A stretch of 64,000 bases of DNA from Lama glama (GCA_028534125.1 CM052816.1:48796001-48860000); one strand, 5' to 3'. Counted from the first letter of the stretch, positions 24,450 through 39,150 are shown. A program made the numbers and translations. The notes: generated by a model not told the origin, from the letters alone.

Positions 24450-27400
24450 TTTAGGTCATGGCTATTCTGGACTATTTGCAATTGGACTTATTCTCCTGCA
24501 ATAAAGAAATGGAAAATTGGGGAAAATATAGAAAATAAGTGTTTCAGCACAGAAATGTGATCCTTGAGAACAAGGAAGCACATGAGCCAGGCAGCACAAT
24601 CACTGCAGCTTTTAGCTTGAGAAAATTTCCAAAACATTGCGGGTAAATAGAGCCAAAGCAGAGACTTACAGTCTCACTGACTAGAGAAGAATAGATTGAA
24701 TTTTAGAATGGTGCAGAAGACTGAAATTTCACGATCTGAGTAATGAGAGATGACTGCCAAGAAGTACTAGCAATGTGGGTCACTGAAGAACCTTGAACAG
24801 TTTGTGTTCAAAGACTCTCAAAGGCCTAACAGAAAATAGCTGTTGATCTGGATCTGACTGGTGAACAAAGACTTCAAGATCATTGAGTTTAGAGAAGATT
24901 TTGAAGTCTTCACTGAACCAGAGTTGAGAGATCTTGGTGAACACCCTACATATTCAGTTGATACCCAAATTGAGACTGCAGAAAGTTAGAAATAATGACC
25001 TCAACTCAGCCTAAAGCAAATAATTCAAAGGAGGAAGCTCATCTGCCAGTAATTTAACTGCCTTTCTTAACAAAACTCAAGACTCTTTAAAGGAAGATAA
25101 AATAATCCAAGGTCTCTGAATAGTATTGTAAAATTTTTAAAAATGCCATTAGACATGTAAGGAAGCAGGATAATGTAAAAACTACAAACCATAGGTAAAA
25201 AAATTAATTAAAGCAGAACAAGAGATGACACAGGATAGTCAATTTAGAAACAAGACCTTTAAAATAACTGTTATAAATATGGTAAAGAATTAAATGATAT
25301 GAAGTGCATTCATAGATAAATATCAGCAGAGAATGAAAAACTTGAAAAGTTAACTTATACACACACACACACACACACACACACATAGCTAAAACTTTCC
25401 CAAATCTGATGAATAGCAGACTCCCAAAGATCCTAGAATCTTAGTGAAACCCAATCAGGATATGTATAAGGAAGACAAAACATAGCACATCATTAACAAT
25501 TTTAGAAAATGAAATATAAAAAGACTCTACACATTAAGAAGAACAACAGAAAGACTTACAGCTTATTTCTAATTAGAAACAATGGGATCTAGAAAACAAA
25601 GGAATGCTCTCTTTATAGTGCTAAAAGGAAAAAAAAACTAATAATCTATATTTCAATGTCCAATAATTTTTTCATAAACAGTAAGATGAAATAATGACTT
25701 AGATAAATAAAAGTTGAAATACCTTATTACCAACAGAACAGCCCTAAAAGAAATATCAAAAAAAAAAATTCTCAAATTCAAAGGCAATGAAATTTCTATG
25801 GGAAATTAAATCTTGAAAATAAGGAAGAGCCCAAGATATGGTAAATGTATACGTAAATATTAAAGATTATTAGTAAGTATTATTATAATAAACAGTATTA
25901 TTTGCTATGTAGGCACATGATAATAATATATAAATGTATACTAATATATAAGTATTATTAAATATTTAAATATCAATTTATCCTTTAATTAAAATGATCA
26001 AATTTATGGTGAGATTCATAATATACACACAAGTAAACCATAAAGCATGTATATATATAATGACCACAATAGTGCAATGAGACAGAGATAAAAATGGTAA
26101 AATATCTATTCAAATAGATTATGATAACTTAAGGAAGTATATTTTATTCCATAGATCAACCACTAAAATAAACAAAGATTTACAGCTCAAAAATCATATA
26201 AAGGAAATAAAATCAAGTTCTAAAATTCACTTCAGCATTCAAAAGGAAGGCAGAAAAGAAAGAACAAAGAAAATAGAACAAGTCAGGAAAACTGAAAACA
26301 AATATCATGATGGTAAATTTAAACCCAGCCATATTAGGTATTTTATTAAGTGTAAATTGACTAAACACTCAGTTTAACAGAAAGATTTTTTTCTAAAAAT
26401 TTAAATAAAAATTAAAAAACAATTTTTTGTTATATGCTAATTGCAAACAATATTTTGGATATAAATAGGCAATTTTAAAATAAAAGGATGAAGAAAATGT
26501 TTCCTGCAAACTGTAATCATAAAGTCATGATGCTTTAACATTCACCAAAGTAGATTTCAAGATAAAGAGAATTACTAGAACTACAGTAGCATGTTTATGA
26601 TGATAGAAGAATAAATACATTAGAAAGTCATAGCTCATAAATGTGTAGTAACCTATAGCATAGCTTTGAAATAAGTGACTTAAAAATAACTGAAAGAGCA
26701 ATAAAATGTATACACAAGTCTACAATCATATTTGGAGATTTTAAACACTATTTTTTAGTAATTGATAGAACAAGCAGACAGAATAAAATAAAAGAAAATC
26801 AGTAAGGACACAGAAAGTTGAAATAGCCCTTCTAACCAACTTGATCAAAATGATAATCATAAAACACTATACAAAACTTCAAAATCCACATTATTTCAAA
26901 TACACATGATATATTCAGCAAATTGGACCATATCTTGGTTCATTAAACAAGAATTAATAAAATGCAAATGATGAAAATCATACAAATTATGTTTTGACCA
27001 CAAAAGTATTCAATTAGAAATAAATCTATGTAAATAATTGGAAAAGGCTCAAATATTTAAAATTAATATAATCTTAATAAATAATCAAAAAAGTAATAAC
27101 AATAGGGATTAGGAAATATTTTGAACTGATAAATAATAATGAAGATAAAATTGCAGAATGTGGTAAAATTAAAAAAAGTTAACTTCTTGCTCAAAAGGAT
27201 AAATAAAGGTGGAAAAATAACAGCCAGTAATGGAAAAGAATGAAAATGATAAAACAATAAAAATAAAACAGGAAAACATTAGGAAAAAAATGAACTTTGT
27301 CAAGGATACTTCTTTGAAAAGATTAGGAAAATTGATAAACCTGTAGCCAAACATGTTGAACAACCTTATGCCAATAAATTCAACAACTCTGACCATATTA

Positions 27401-29145
27401 AGCAATCCCTGGACATCAGATAATCACAACTTACTGGCACAGAATGAAAGAGAAAATCTGAATAACCTTGGATCAAATAAAGTAGTTAATATTATAATTT
27501 AAAACTTCCCACAATGAACACTCTAGGTAAATAAGTCACTGGTGAATTTCATAATATGCTTAAGAAAGAAATAATATCAATTTCAGTAATTTTTGAGAAT
27601 AAAAAACAAGGCTCCATATTCAGCTAGGTTAACTACATTGAAGACAATATAAACCTGTAATTAAAATTTGATAAGGGAATTATGACATAAGAATATTATA
27701 GAGCAGCAACCTTCAAAAATAGATGTAATAATTCTTGATGAAGTATTGGCAAATTATATCTAGCATTATATAATAAAAGATAATTTATCATGACCATGTG
27801 AAATTTATTCCAGGAATGCAAGAACAGTTTAACATTCAGAAATCAATTCATATAATTCATTACATTAACAGAGTTTAAAATGTTTATTTGCTCATTTAAA
27901 TAGATGTAGAAAAGCTTATGATGGCATTCAACAATCACTTATGGTAAAATCTCAGCAAAGTATGAATAAAAGGAAATTTTTCAATCTGAAAGAACAGTAT
28001 TCATGAAAAGCTTATAGACACTAACAAACAAGAGTGAAATATTGAGTAGCTTCCCCTAAAATTAGAGGATTAGGCAAGGATACCAACTCTTAACCACTGC
28101 CAATCAATGTTGTATTGAAAACCCTAGCCAGTACAATAATGCAAAGAAAATATTTAAGAAATATGAAGACTGAAAACAAAGAGGTAAAATCATCTCCATT
28201 CACAGATATCATGATGCTTTATTTGGAAAATCCAAAGTAATATAAAAAACAAACTCCTGTAACTAGCACATAAATCTAGCAAAGTCTTGGAAAACAAAGT
28301 TAATTCACAAAAATCAATTGTATATGTACATACTTGAAACAGAAATAATGGAAAATGAAATCAGAGATAAGTTCAATTTACGATAATGTTGACAAGAATC
28401 GAATACCTAGGAATGAATTTAATGAAATGTGTAAGACCACTAACTTGTAAATTGCAAATCATTCTAAAGAAATTAAATAAGACCCCCCCAAATGGTGACA
28501 TACCATGTTTATTTTTGCAAAAATTGTATTTATTAAAATGTTCCCTACAAACTGATTTATAGATTTGATGCAATCCCATTCAAAATCCCAGAACAATTTT
28601 CCTGTTGTATAATTTGACAGATTGTAAAATTTATATGAAATACTAAATACCTAGGAAACTCAAAAAAATTGTGATGAAAAAGTATATATTTGTAAAAACA
28701 AAAATACTTGACATTAAGATGTTATAAAGGAACAATTAAGAATATGTGATATTGGCATAATGAAAAATAGAATCATTTTTGGTCTTTTGACCAATAACTG
28801 TGCCAAAGATTTGAATAGGAGAAATAAAATACTGAATGTTGCAAATATTTATATAGAAATAAATGAACCTTGATACCTACCTTTAAATAAAGTGTCATTC
28901 AAGATGCTTCACAAAGAAAAATGTAAAGCTAAAACTATGAAATTTGAGGTAGAAAACAAAGAATATCTGCCCTGCCTTAAGAGGAAGAAAATATTTCTTA
29001 GAACACAAAAAGTACTAATCAGAAACAAAATTTGATAATTTAGACTTCACATCAATTAAAATTTCCATCTTATCAAAAATCATTAATGAAATGAAAAGGT
29101 AAATTTGAGACAAAGTTTTTGAAATATATAATTTGTGTCTATAAT
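24450..29145 (+). mobile_element. Ancient near-full-length LINE-1 (L1ME-type): 5' UTR, decayed ORF1 (~25200-25800) and decayed ORF2 (~26310-29140); no intact ORF
   Basis: ORF1-like ctaaaactttcccaaatctgatgaa; endonuclease-like start atggtaaatttaaacccagccatatt...aagtgtaaattgactaaacact; RT-like catgaccatgtgaaatttattccaggaatgcaag and ccattcacagatatcatgat; all colinear with L1. Confidence 0.85.
25359..25385. repeat. (CA)n microsatellite
   Basis: Perfect acacac run. Confidence 0.95.
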
Positions 29146-32100
29146 CCATAAATAACCACTAAAATAAATAATATTTCATACCATGCCATTACAATTGGTA
29201 CAATCTTTGTTTACCCTCAGGGGTAGGTATTTGAGTTTCTAATTATATGCTACCAAGTAGTTTATTCTAGGTTTTGTAATCAGACAAGTAGAAATTTTAA
29301 AATATTTTAGAGGATTTAAAAAATTAAAATGTATTTTCCAAGCCTAAATTTAAGAAAATTAAAGAGGAATACAAAGAAGCAAAGTGAATTATCCATAATT
29401 CAGCTATCTATCACCTATCTCTCTATTTATCTATTCATTATGCCTTAATTCACCAATCATTCTAAGTGTTTTCCAATATTAATCCAAACTCTTTGTAAAC
29501 ATCATTTTTACTTTGTAATGTCTGACTATATGTATATATAGAAGTTCCCTCTTTACGTTTATGTATTTTATAAGTACAACTACAATATACATACACATGC
29601 AATATCTTTGGAGTCCTATATAGTATAAGTCTAAATATTTTAAAGTTTTAAAACAAGATATAACTATTGCCCACCTCATTCTGCAGCTTTGGACCCTGCC
29701 CCCAAGTCTCCCTATACACCTTACCTATGTAAGTCAGAAGCTCTCGGGGCACAGTTCCCCCTAAGGCAGTCTTAGGACTGGAAGCCAAGGGGTGACATGG
29801 GTTCAGCTGGGACTGGAGAGGGTGAAGCTGCAACTGTGTGGATGACCCGGGAACTAGGATAGGGACTGATTGGCTCCCACGCCTTGGACAGCTGAGTGGA
29901 CTGCTTTCCTGTCCCTACAAATAACCTTACCTGCTCTGGATTTCCAGACAGTGAGAAAGGTCTTTCAAATTAAGAGTGTCTAAACAGAGAGGAGAAATTA
30001 AACATAGCTACCCATTTGGTCACACATTTTTTTTTACTAATTTAGGTGACCAGCTTAAAACAAAAGCAGCCAAATTTCCCAAGGCCAATGAGGCTATGCT
30101 TTTCTACTTACCTGACACCAACACACACTACACAATACACACAGTTCATGTACACACTAGTTCACTCTCAGACCCATATTTTTTTCAACAGGAGAACCTG
30201 GTTTATCACACATATTTTTTCCTATACTTACTGTGTGCTCAACAAATTGCTAAAAATTCACAAAACATTTTTTATAAGGACAAAAAGAAAAAACAATGTT
30301 TCGTTGTTTGTGGTAGGCAGGACCTTCTAGAGCATGTACCTAAGTACAGGGGCATCTCTGCTTGAGTCTATCTAAGGGTATTTTTTTAATGTTACTATTA
30401 AAAATATAAACAATTATAGAGGCTTAATTTTAATGCAGAATTTCAGTGTACCCTTAAGTTGAGAAAAATGTGAATTTGCTAGTACTGTTACCTGGAATGA
30501 ATTATAGCATATACATATATTTGCATAACAGATTTTGTATTGTTTTCATAATTTTTAATACATGGCTCTATAATTTTTATGATCCTGCATATGTTTCTGA
30601 ATAATCAGACTCCCTATTATATAAAATATATAACAGGTATTTTGAATTAACCAAAGATGTGAAAATTCAGCTCCTTTTGTTATATATGAGTTTTCAAAGG
30701 GACTGGAGGAGATAACCCTTGGAAGACTGGGGAAAATTCATGGTAAAATTGTGGTTAGGAAACAAACAAAACCTTGCGAAGTACTCCCCTCTCTTGATCA
30801 AAGACTTAATGATGGCTATAAAACTTTATATCAAGACACATGTCAGTATCCTAAAATTCTCCTAAGACTTTTAAAGACATTAGCAAGTAGATATTGGAAT
30901 GTCTACTAAGACAATATCTAATAAGAAGAAAATTACTGCAGCCATTTAAAGTTAGAAGTATAAGTTATAGTGGAGACTTAGTATAGAAATGGGACTTCAC
31001 CTAGTCTAGGGAACTTTGAAGTATGACTTGATAAATGACAATGAAGGTAGTATCTAAAGGATGAATTAAAGAGGTAAAAGAGGAGAAAGATTATATTCTA
31101 TGCAGAAATATGTTCAAAGTTCTAGAGTTAAGAGAATGGGTACAGTACTCAGAGGAAATGAGGTTCATGCAGAGATGGCTTTGCTAGGTTTTAGAATTTC
31201 AACTTTCATTTGCTCAAACATTTATTTATCTCTTCTCTAATTACTTATCTAAAAGTGAAATTAATTTTGATAGCTATTCTTACACTTTTTAATGCACTTT
31301 CTATTTAGTAGACAAGAACATTGGGAATCACTGAACCACTGGAGGTAATTCAGTGATGGCTTTGCTTAAATACCTATATACACAGCATTCTAGCTGCTGT
31401 TGTCACTGTGAGGCTAACATTCCTTTACATTTGCCTGTCTGTACCCTGAAAGAGATTCTAAGTTTCATTTTTCCTTTCCTCTTCCTCCCACAACAATTTT
31501 TGAAACTAAACATGCAATTTATTTTACTTATGGGAATAGACTCAGTCACCAGCCTTCTGCCCAAACATTCTCTTCATCTCTCTCTGCTGACTCCTGATCC
31601 ACATCTTATTTTTGCTCAGTATCCAGTGTAATGCAGAAATGAAAAAAATAATTGTGTTCATGATTGTTTTACTTCTGGACAGGAATTATGTATGCCTACT
31701 TTTGAATTACAGCAGATACATTTGAGACTGAAATGTTCACACATAGAAAAATCACATGATTTATGTAAAGCCACTGGTATTTTGTGGTTGTAACTATGTA
31801 TCAAAACTTTAATAAACAGCAGAAAAGTAAATTGAGTCACCTTTTTCAATTAAATTTGTCCATATGTTGTGTAAGCAGTCAATTTTCTAACATGTTACCG
31901 TGACCCTCTCCCGGTACTATATTTTGTTTAAGTATGGGAGAACACTGCAAAACGTAAGCCGGAATTGGCACACGTGTTAGAGAAGTAAGGCATTAGAAAA
32001 TCCAGTAACTAAAGAGTTAAATATTTGAACTATATAAAGTTATTACAGACAAGACTAAGCTATGATGGCCTGTAATAGGTCAAGATGACTTAGTATATAT

Positions 32101-35100
32101 ACCTATGCAGATTAATAGTATTTCTTATGAGATACTATTTTCCTTTCTTTCATTATTGTATATTCTGTTTAAAGTTTTGAGTTTTTGAAAAGTTCTTAAA
32201 TTTAATTCTAAAATGGGATTTATTTACTTTTTCCAAGCCAATCTAATATTGAGTTTTTCCCTTAGTGGTCTGGTATGTAGTTTAGGCCAAAAAAAGAAAA
32301 AAAGCTATCTTGACTCTGCAGCTTTGGTATTATTGACCTTGTCAAATACGAGAAGGATGACAGGAGAGAACACACATTTTTCAGTGGTATAAGCAGATTA
32401 TATTCAGTCAAGTCGACATTTAAGGATCATTTCTAATCACATTTAGAGTTGAATCTCATGCTACTCTTGGTAAAGCCCTTCTGAACCTTAGAGCCTTTTG
32501 AACTTAAGAAGAAACAGTCTGATCTTTGAGAAAAATGCATGTCGTTTAAAAAAAATGGACACTGATGAAGGAATGGACCATAAATTCAAATATGAGCAAG
32601 AAAAAAATCTCTACTGGATTTCTGAATTTTTACTTTAATTTAGACAGACTTTAATCTACCATGTGAAATGTAGTTAGAGATTAGTCACATGACATTTTCT
32701 CAATTGACTCTACAAAAATACAAATTGCTTTTGACTGTCTCTCCTTTATAATTTGTATACAATGAATTTTCCTCTTATTCATGGATTAGATTCTAAAGCC
32801 GTACCACCAGAAGAAAAATCACAGAGTAGTCAAAGTTACTCTCTAGGATCCTACAAATCATTCTTTAATTTCCAAAACCCAGGACCTCAATTTCTGAAAA
32901 TAATATGTATTTTATTTATGCATATAAATAATTACACACACACATTCCAAAATAATGGAGGTCAAAGTTTTGTTTGGAACACAAAATAGTCTACCTCTTA
33001 CTTTTTTTCTTATCCTTCTGCCTCTTCTCTCTGTTCTCTCCAGTCCCTACCTTTACTACTTCTACCTCTATCTTAATCTCCTCTCTCAACTATATTATTG
33101 CAAACAAGCAGGCTAAATGTTCATAGGATGTGATTCCATTGTACTGAAATGGATGCAGCTGATGTAAATCAAAGCCTGCAAAACCATCATATACTGATAA
33201 GAAAAAAGTTATAATTCGTCTGTGAAGAAATTATATATCTAATTAGGTCTTACCACATATTTTCCAGCTTCCAAACTCTAGTAAGATATGAAAGATACCA
33301 GCAAGGGCCCTGGAACACTCTGAGTTCTATTCATTCAGTGTCTGAATTAAGCTCACTGGATCGTTCATTTAACACATTAATAGCTACTACTATTGGATCT
33401 TTCCTTTTCAGTCATGTATTTACTCATGGTTACCTTTACCCATGTACATGTCATGACTCTGTTTCTTCTTGTAATGGGAGACTAGATGGTTCATAATATA
33501 ATATACATAATATCATTATCTTAGATAGCTTAGCTAGAAAAGCCACAGAATCAGGTAATGAAATCCTTAAACTTGAGACAATGCAATCATAAATTTGTAA
33601 GATACATTTTATTATCTCTAGAGAAAAGAAAAGCTCACTGATTTTTTTCTTTATTTGAGCACCAGTGTATGAAATTGTAACACATAACAGTGGGTTCCTA
33701 TTAAAATAAATCTTTCAAGGAAAATATATTTCACCAAAGCTAAAGAATAATTGAAAGTGATATTTTGCCTATATAACTTCAAGATAGTCAAAAATACAGT
33801 GAAAATATTCCCCAACCCTCACTACAAATTCAACTTTTTTTCGCTCTACTACTATTTAATGGCCTGTATCCTCTGGTATTCAACTGTGACCAGAGCAAAC
33901 AAAATGTCTGGTAGGTATATTTGACTTCTGCTCAAAAATTTGCTCAAGAAGTGCTGGAAAATAGAGTTCAGGTCAATGCCTTTAAAATCTGACAAATATT
34001 TTCCAAGATTGAAAAGCAGTAGGTATAAAACAAGGTGAATCCCAAAGCAAAGTTATTGGAAAATACTTGTATATCTACTACTGATAAAATACGTGAAAAA
34101 ATACTAAGGAAATAAAGGAACCACAGAGTATGAAGTTCAGGGTAGCATATTTAATGAGACTGGCCTTCCTTCCTCTCCTATCTAAAGATATTTTCAAGTA
34201 CAACTGCCTAATATGAAATGATCCTCTTATTAATCTTTTAAAGCCATTTTCATTCAGGCTTCATAGCAGATTGAAATGAGTTGACATATCTGATTCAGTT
34301 TATTTGGCAAAATGCGTAGTTTAGAGAAACTAATAAATACAACTGATATTAGCCTTGGTTTTTGTCCATTCTACCCAAACCTAAATCATTAATTAATATA
34401 TATTTTAAATAAGCATGGTGTGCATAGGGATCATGTAGCTAAACTTCAAGAGGCCTAGAATATTTTGTTAATATACTGGAATTGAGGAATTTTACTCTTT
34501 AGAATAGTTAACTTTGTACTAGAATGAACTCTTGCAAAATTTAGACAACTCATCACCCATCCAATGTGACGTGTCATTGTATTCTACACTCTGTCCAATA
34601 TGACAAATTGACCAGTATGGATGGGTTAACAGAAATGTTGTCTATTCCTTCTAAGCCTGTTTGGTTATTGTTAAAATAGTCTCTAGTGTCTTTCCAGTAG
34701 TTAGTTACAAGGAAGTATAATTCTAATCATGTGCATTGACCTTTTTTTTTTAATCATTGCGCATGAACTGAGTTCCATATTTTGTATGCTTAACAATATA
34801 TTTCAACAGTATTAATTTAGGAAACCTGAATCATGAGTGAAACTTTTTCATTACCTTTACTTTCTAAAGTACATTATATCTAAAATTAACATAATTCAAG
34901 TGAAAAGAAATACGTGTGAGATGGAGAAAAGCAAATATTTTTTAAATAAAAAATTCCATTAATGTATACAGCATATTTTTTTCATATCTGTAGGATAGGA
35001 CATTCCATTAACTACTTTCAGTGCTTTACACATATTCCATATTTGAATTACTATGAACAGTTTATTTTTATAATTTATTCTTTAAACAATGGCCAAATCA

Positions 35101-36574
35101 TTAATAATATCCTGACTATAAAAGAAAAAAGTGTATTTTCTGTCAGTAAATCATCACATTATTTCCCTTGAAATAAATGTGCATTGATATTCCAATGAAA
35201 TGCAAGTCTGATATTTATTTTTACAAAAAAAGATTAATGAAAACTTAAGAAAATTTAAAGTGCTGCATTTTAATGTAAATTATAAAGAAATAGACCCTAT
35301 TAACTAGGCCTTTCTGTATCAAAGGATATAGTTATTTTATGTTACATATGTTAGCTTTATTATCTTTATCTATTATTATAGTAATCTACTATTATAATAG
35401 TTATCTATAGTAATATATTAACTATGGTATCTATTATCTATTTAGATAAGATGATGGAGATTCCATACTCCCCTCCAAGAGTTCAAGACCCCATTTATAA
35501 CCCAATTTTAATATTAAGGTTATATATTTAAATATATGTTTACTATTATGGAACTGTATGATGACTGCATTTGCTTCATTATTGAACATTAACATTAAAA
35601 TATGTTAAATATGATCTTTCATCAACCATGTACAATGTATGATTTATTTTATTTTTTTTATTTATGTATATTTACCTCAGATATGAAAATGTTTTTAATG
35701 TATAGATGCGGTTATCCTTAGTCATTTGCTATAAATTCTTACTATTTTTTAAGCCTTGAAATTTTCCCTTGTAAATATATTGGTATTGGAGGAGCTGTCC
35801 ATGACAAAACTGTAGCTAGGCAGGAATTTTGTACTAATACAGAGGCATGAAGAAAATAACTTATTCCATGCAATTTTATCTCAAATAAATGTTGAAGTTT
35901 CTATTTGGAGGAAAGAAGAAATCACAGGGAGTTCATAAATATACCACTGCTTCCCTAACTTTGAATGTTATCTATAGTGTTTGTGTATGTGTATGTATGT
36001 GTTTTGTATAATCCATAGTGACTATAGCTTGATGGTATGATCATGAAATATTCTAAATTTTTTCTAGGCCCCACTAAGTAGAAGAAGTATTTGTAACAGC
36101 TATCTTGCCTTGTGCAGTGTTTAGTGTTATATTATCCTGTTGTGCAATTATCTCACAAACAAATAAAAACCCCCTGAAGTCAGGACACATGTATAGAACT
36201 ATATGTTTCTGAAATTACCAGCACAATACCTTGCTCACAGCAAATGCTCAATAACTGGCATATAATTTTTTTTGAATTTGGCACCATGAGAAATATGAAA
36301 ACAGAGGTGAGGGAAAGATGTCCTTGTCCAAAGAACTTGTATAATATAATATGGAGATACAGTTGTATGTGAAAGTTATATATGAAAGTTTCAATTATAG
36401 CTTAAGAAAACATGATCCACCACTAATACACTAAGGTGAATACATGTTTATAGACTGGATTAATAAAAATCTAAGAGAGCAATTTCAAAATCCTGTTGTT
36501 ACCCATTTCTTTATAGAAAGGAAGTTCCATGATTAAAAATATAGAAATTATTTGGACTAATTTTACACTGAAAG

Positions 36575-36950
36575 AAATTAATGAATACATATTTTCTAGC
36601 CTACAGAATTGGTAGGAAGCTGGAGACAAAGTCAGAAAATAAGCAGAGAAAAAAGGAATCCAGGCAGATGGATTACATCCATGATCACAGAATGGCTTAA
36701 TCCTGCTGCTGTGGTTAGTGAACATTGGACATTAGCACCCATACTACCATTAAAAATGACTTGGGGCTGGGACATAGATGGTAACTCTGGTCCCTGAAAA
36801 TCAAAGTTTGGTGACATCTCACTTGACCCTATAATGCCACCGTTTCCCTGCTTCACTGCTCAGTAGCCCAGATTCAGAGTTCCAAAGAGGTATGATTGAT
36901 TGACTAAGTCAAAGTTCATGTATTCATGACCTGGCTAAAGACAAGATCTG
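36575..36950. mobile_element. Old MaLR (MLT1 family) LTR fragment
   Basis: cagattcagagttccaaagaggtatgattgattgactaagtcaaagttcatgt resembles the conserved motif of older MLT1 subfamilies. Confidence 0.45.
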
Positions 36951-38136
36951 TGCTTGATTAATTTTATAGTTCTGTACTCTTAACACTCGAGGAACTTTTT
37001 TACAGGTTGAAATTCAGAGGTCATGACCCCCCATTTGAAGGCCAAGATGCCAAGTCATGGTCCTTTAAAAAAAAAAAACTGGTCCATACTTCCAAAAACC
37101 AAGCAGGGGGTGGGGTGGCAAATCAAGAGAGGGGAAGTTTCGTTTATCAAGAAAGAACTACTTTGAAATGCAATTTCTATATATCTCCTATTGGACCCAT
37201 TAGTCTACAAGTACCTCAGGAGCAAAGAGAATATGTTAATTACCTTCTTATTCCTACAGATTAATATAGTGTAAGGCTCAGAAAAAGATGCAAAATAAAT
37301 ATTTTGTTTTTGATGTGGGATTTCATAGAACATGACAGCACAATATCTAATTTATTTTTAAGTTATTAAAGTTTACTTGTGATGTGACATTAATTTTATT
37401 TTGTAATTACTCTAGGGAAATTTTAAAATAAGGTATATTCTCTGAAAGCTTTATATCCAAACACATAAAATCAAAATGATAAACTGTGCATGGCTTAAGG
37501 ATGATAAGCCTAGGATGTTTTACAACACCATTTATTTATTTAGAAATCAAAATAAAAAGCAAAATTTATAAAAGAAAATTTGTCTCTAAATAGGAGTAAA
37601 GAGGCCTTTTTTTCCTGTTCTTTAATCACAGACAGAATTTATGACATGCAAGTGATTTCAGAACTAGTTTGTCATAAACATATATTTGATATTCATATAC
37701 AGTAGTTGTGTTCACATAATTTTTTAAAGAATATGCATAAAAATATCCCCCAAATACTGTACTTTTGAATATTGGTCAAAATAGTAGAACTTACTATAAA
37801 CTAATGATTGTTTTAAAAAATTATTGACTAATTAGATGATGAAAAAGTAATTAAAATAATATGACTTTAGAGTGTATTTTTTACATGAAACGTGCTATAA
37901 AGATTTTCACATTCAATTCCAGGATAGATATTGGACTTGGTGAAGGGAGAGAGAAATTCAGAAAGGGTTTTGTTATGCTGAATATAAGTTACATTACTCC
38001 TCTGCCACTTGTATAGAGCCATTTTAAAGACAGAACTTGCTTAAGTGGTTCTGCATAGCAGCAAGCGCATCTCTGCTGCATGCTGTTATCAGGGACTCCA
38101 GCACCTTTAGTCTAGTACACTACCATTGTCTAAGAG

Positions 38137-38355
38137 CAGGATCTTCAAACATTTTAGTCTCAGGAGCCCTTCACACTCTTAGAAAATATTCCGGGTCCTA
38201 AAGATCTTTAAGTTCTGTGAGTTATATCTATTGATATTTACATTAGAAATTAAAACAGGGAAATTTTAGAGATATTAATTTAATTCATTAAAAAATAACA
38301 GTAATAAGTCCATTACATAATAAATAATATATAGAAAACATTTTCAAAATAAAGA
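38137..38355. mobile_element. Charlie1-like hAT DNA transposon end
   Basis: caggatcttcaaacattttagtctcaggagcccttcacactcttagaaaatatt...gttatatctattgatatttacattagaaattaaaac matches a Charlie1 terminus. Confidence 0.85.
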
Positions 38356-38361
38356 AAACAA

Positions 38362-39150
38362 TTTTTATCTATTCACCTACTGAAGAGCATATTGGTTGTA
38401 TCTAAGTTTTGGCAATTATGAATAAAGCTTCTAAAAACATCCCTGTGCAGATTTTTGGTGGACAAAATTTGCAATTCCTTTGAATAAATACCAAGAAGCA
38501 CAATTGCTAGATCTTATTGTATGAGTATGTTTAATTTTGTTACAAACTGGCAAAGGTCATTCAAACTGGCTATAACACTTTGTAGAAAATTGGTATAATT
38601 TCTTCCTTTAAATGTTTGGTAGAATCACAAGTGAACCCATCTGGTCCTAGTGCTTTCTGTTCAGGGAGAATATTAGTTATTGATTCCATTTATTTATTAA
38701 ATAAATATATAGGCTTATTCAGATTGTCTAATTCCTGTGCTTATTTTGACAGATCGTGTCTTTTGATAAATTGGTCTATTTCATTTAGGTTATCAAATTT
38801 TGGTGCATAGAGTTGTTCATAATATTCCTTTTAATGTCCATGAAATCTTCAGTGGGAATTTCTGATATTGTTAATTTGTAGCCTCTTTCTTTTTTTTAAG
38901 CCTGGTTAAAGGCTTATTGATTTTATTGATCTTTTGAAATAATCAGCTTTTGGTTTCAATGATTATTTTCTACTTTAAATTTAATTATTTCTTTTCTTCT
39001 GCTTTCTTTAGATTTAATTATTCTTCTTTTTCCAGTTTCCTAAGGGGGAAGCTTAGATTATTGATTTCAGATCTTTCCTACTATTTAGTATATGCATTCA
39101 ATGCTATAAGTATCCTCCTAAAATCTGCTTCTACTGCAACCCACAAATTT
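38362..39150 (-). mobile_element. Old LINE-1 (L1MC/MD-type) ORF2 fragments: two non-adjacent segments joined near 38582
   Basis: 38362-38582 is antisense ORF2 3' end (ttttggcaattatgaataaagct); 38583-39150 is antisense upstream ORF2 (aatgtttggtagaatcacaagtgaacccatctggtcct). Confidence 0.85.

Noticed and set aside
29976..30365. 129-aa ORF next to the GC-rich island
   Set aside because: It has a GTG start, low-complexity CA- and T-run-derived residues, and no recognisable protein family.
35345..35450. Quasi-palindromic TA-rich tract (similar ones at 4070-4140 and 54025-54095)
   Set aside because: These are low-complexity decayed simple repeats; their self-complementarity is trivial.
37007..37170. 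Short GC-richer patch with an A12 run, possible retrocopy
   Set aside because: There is only a 6-bp flanking repeat (tggtcc), no polyadenylation signal and no recognisable parent gene.
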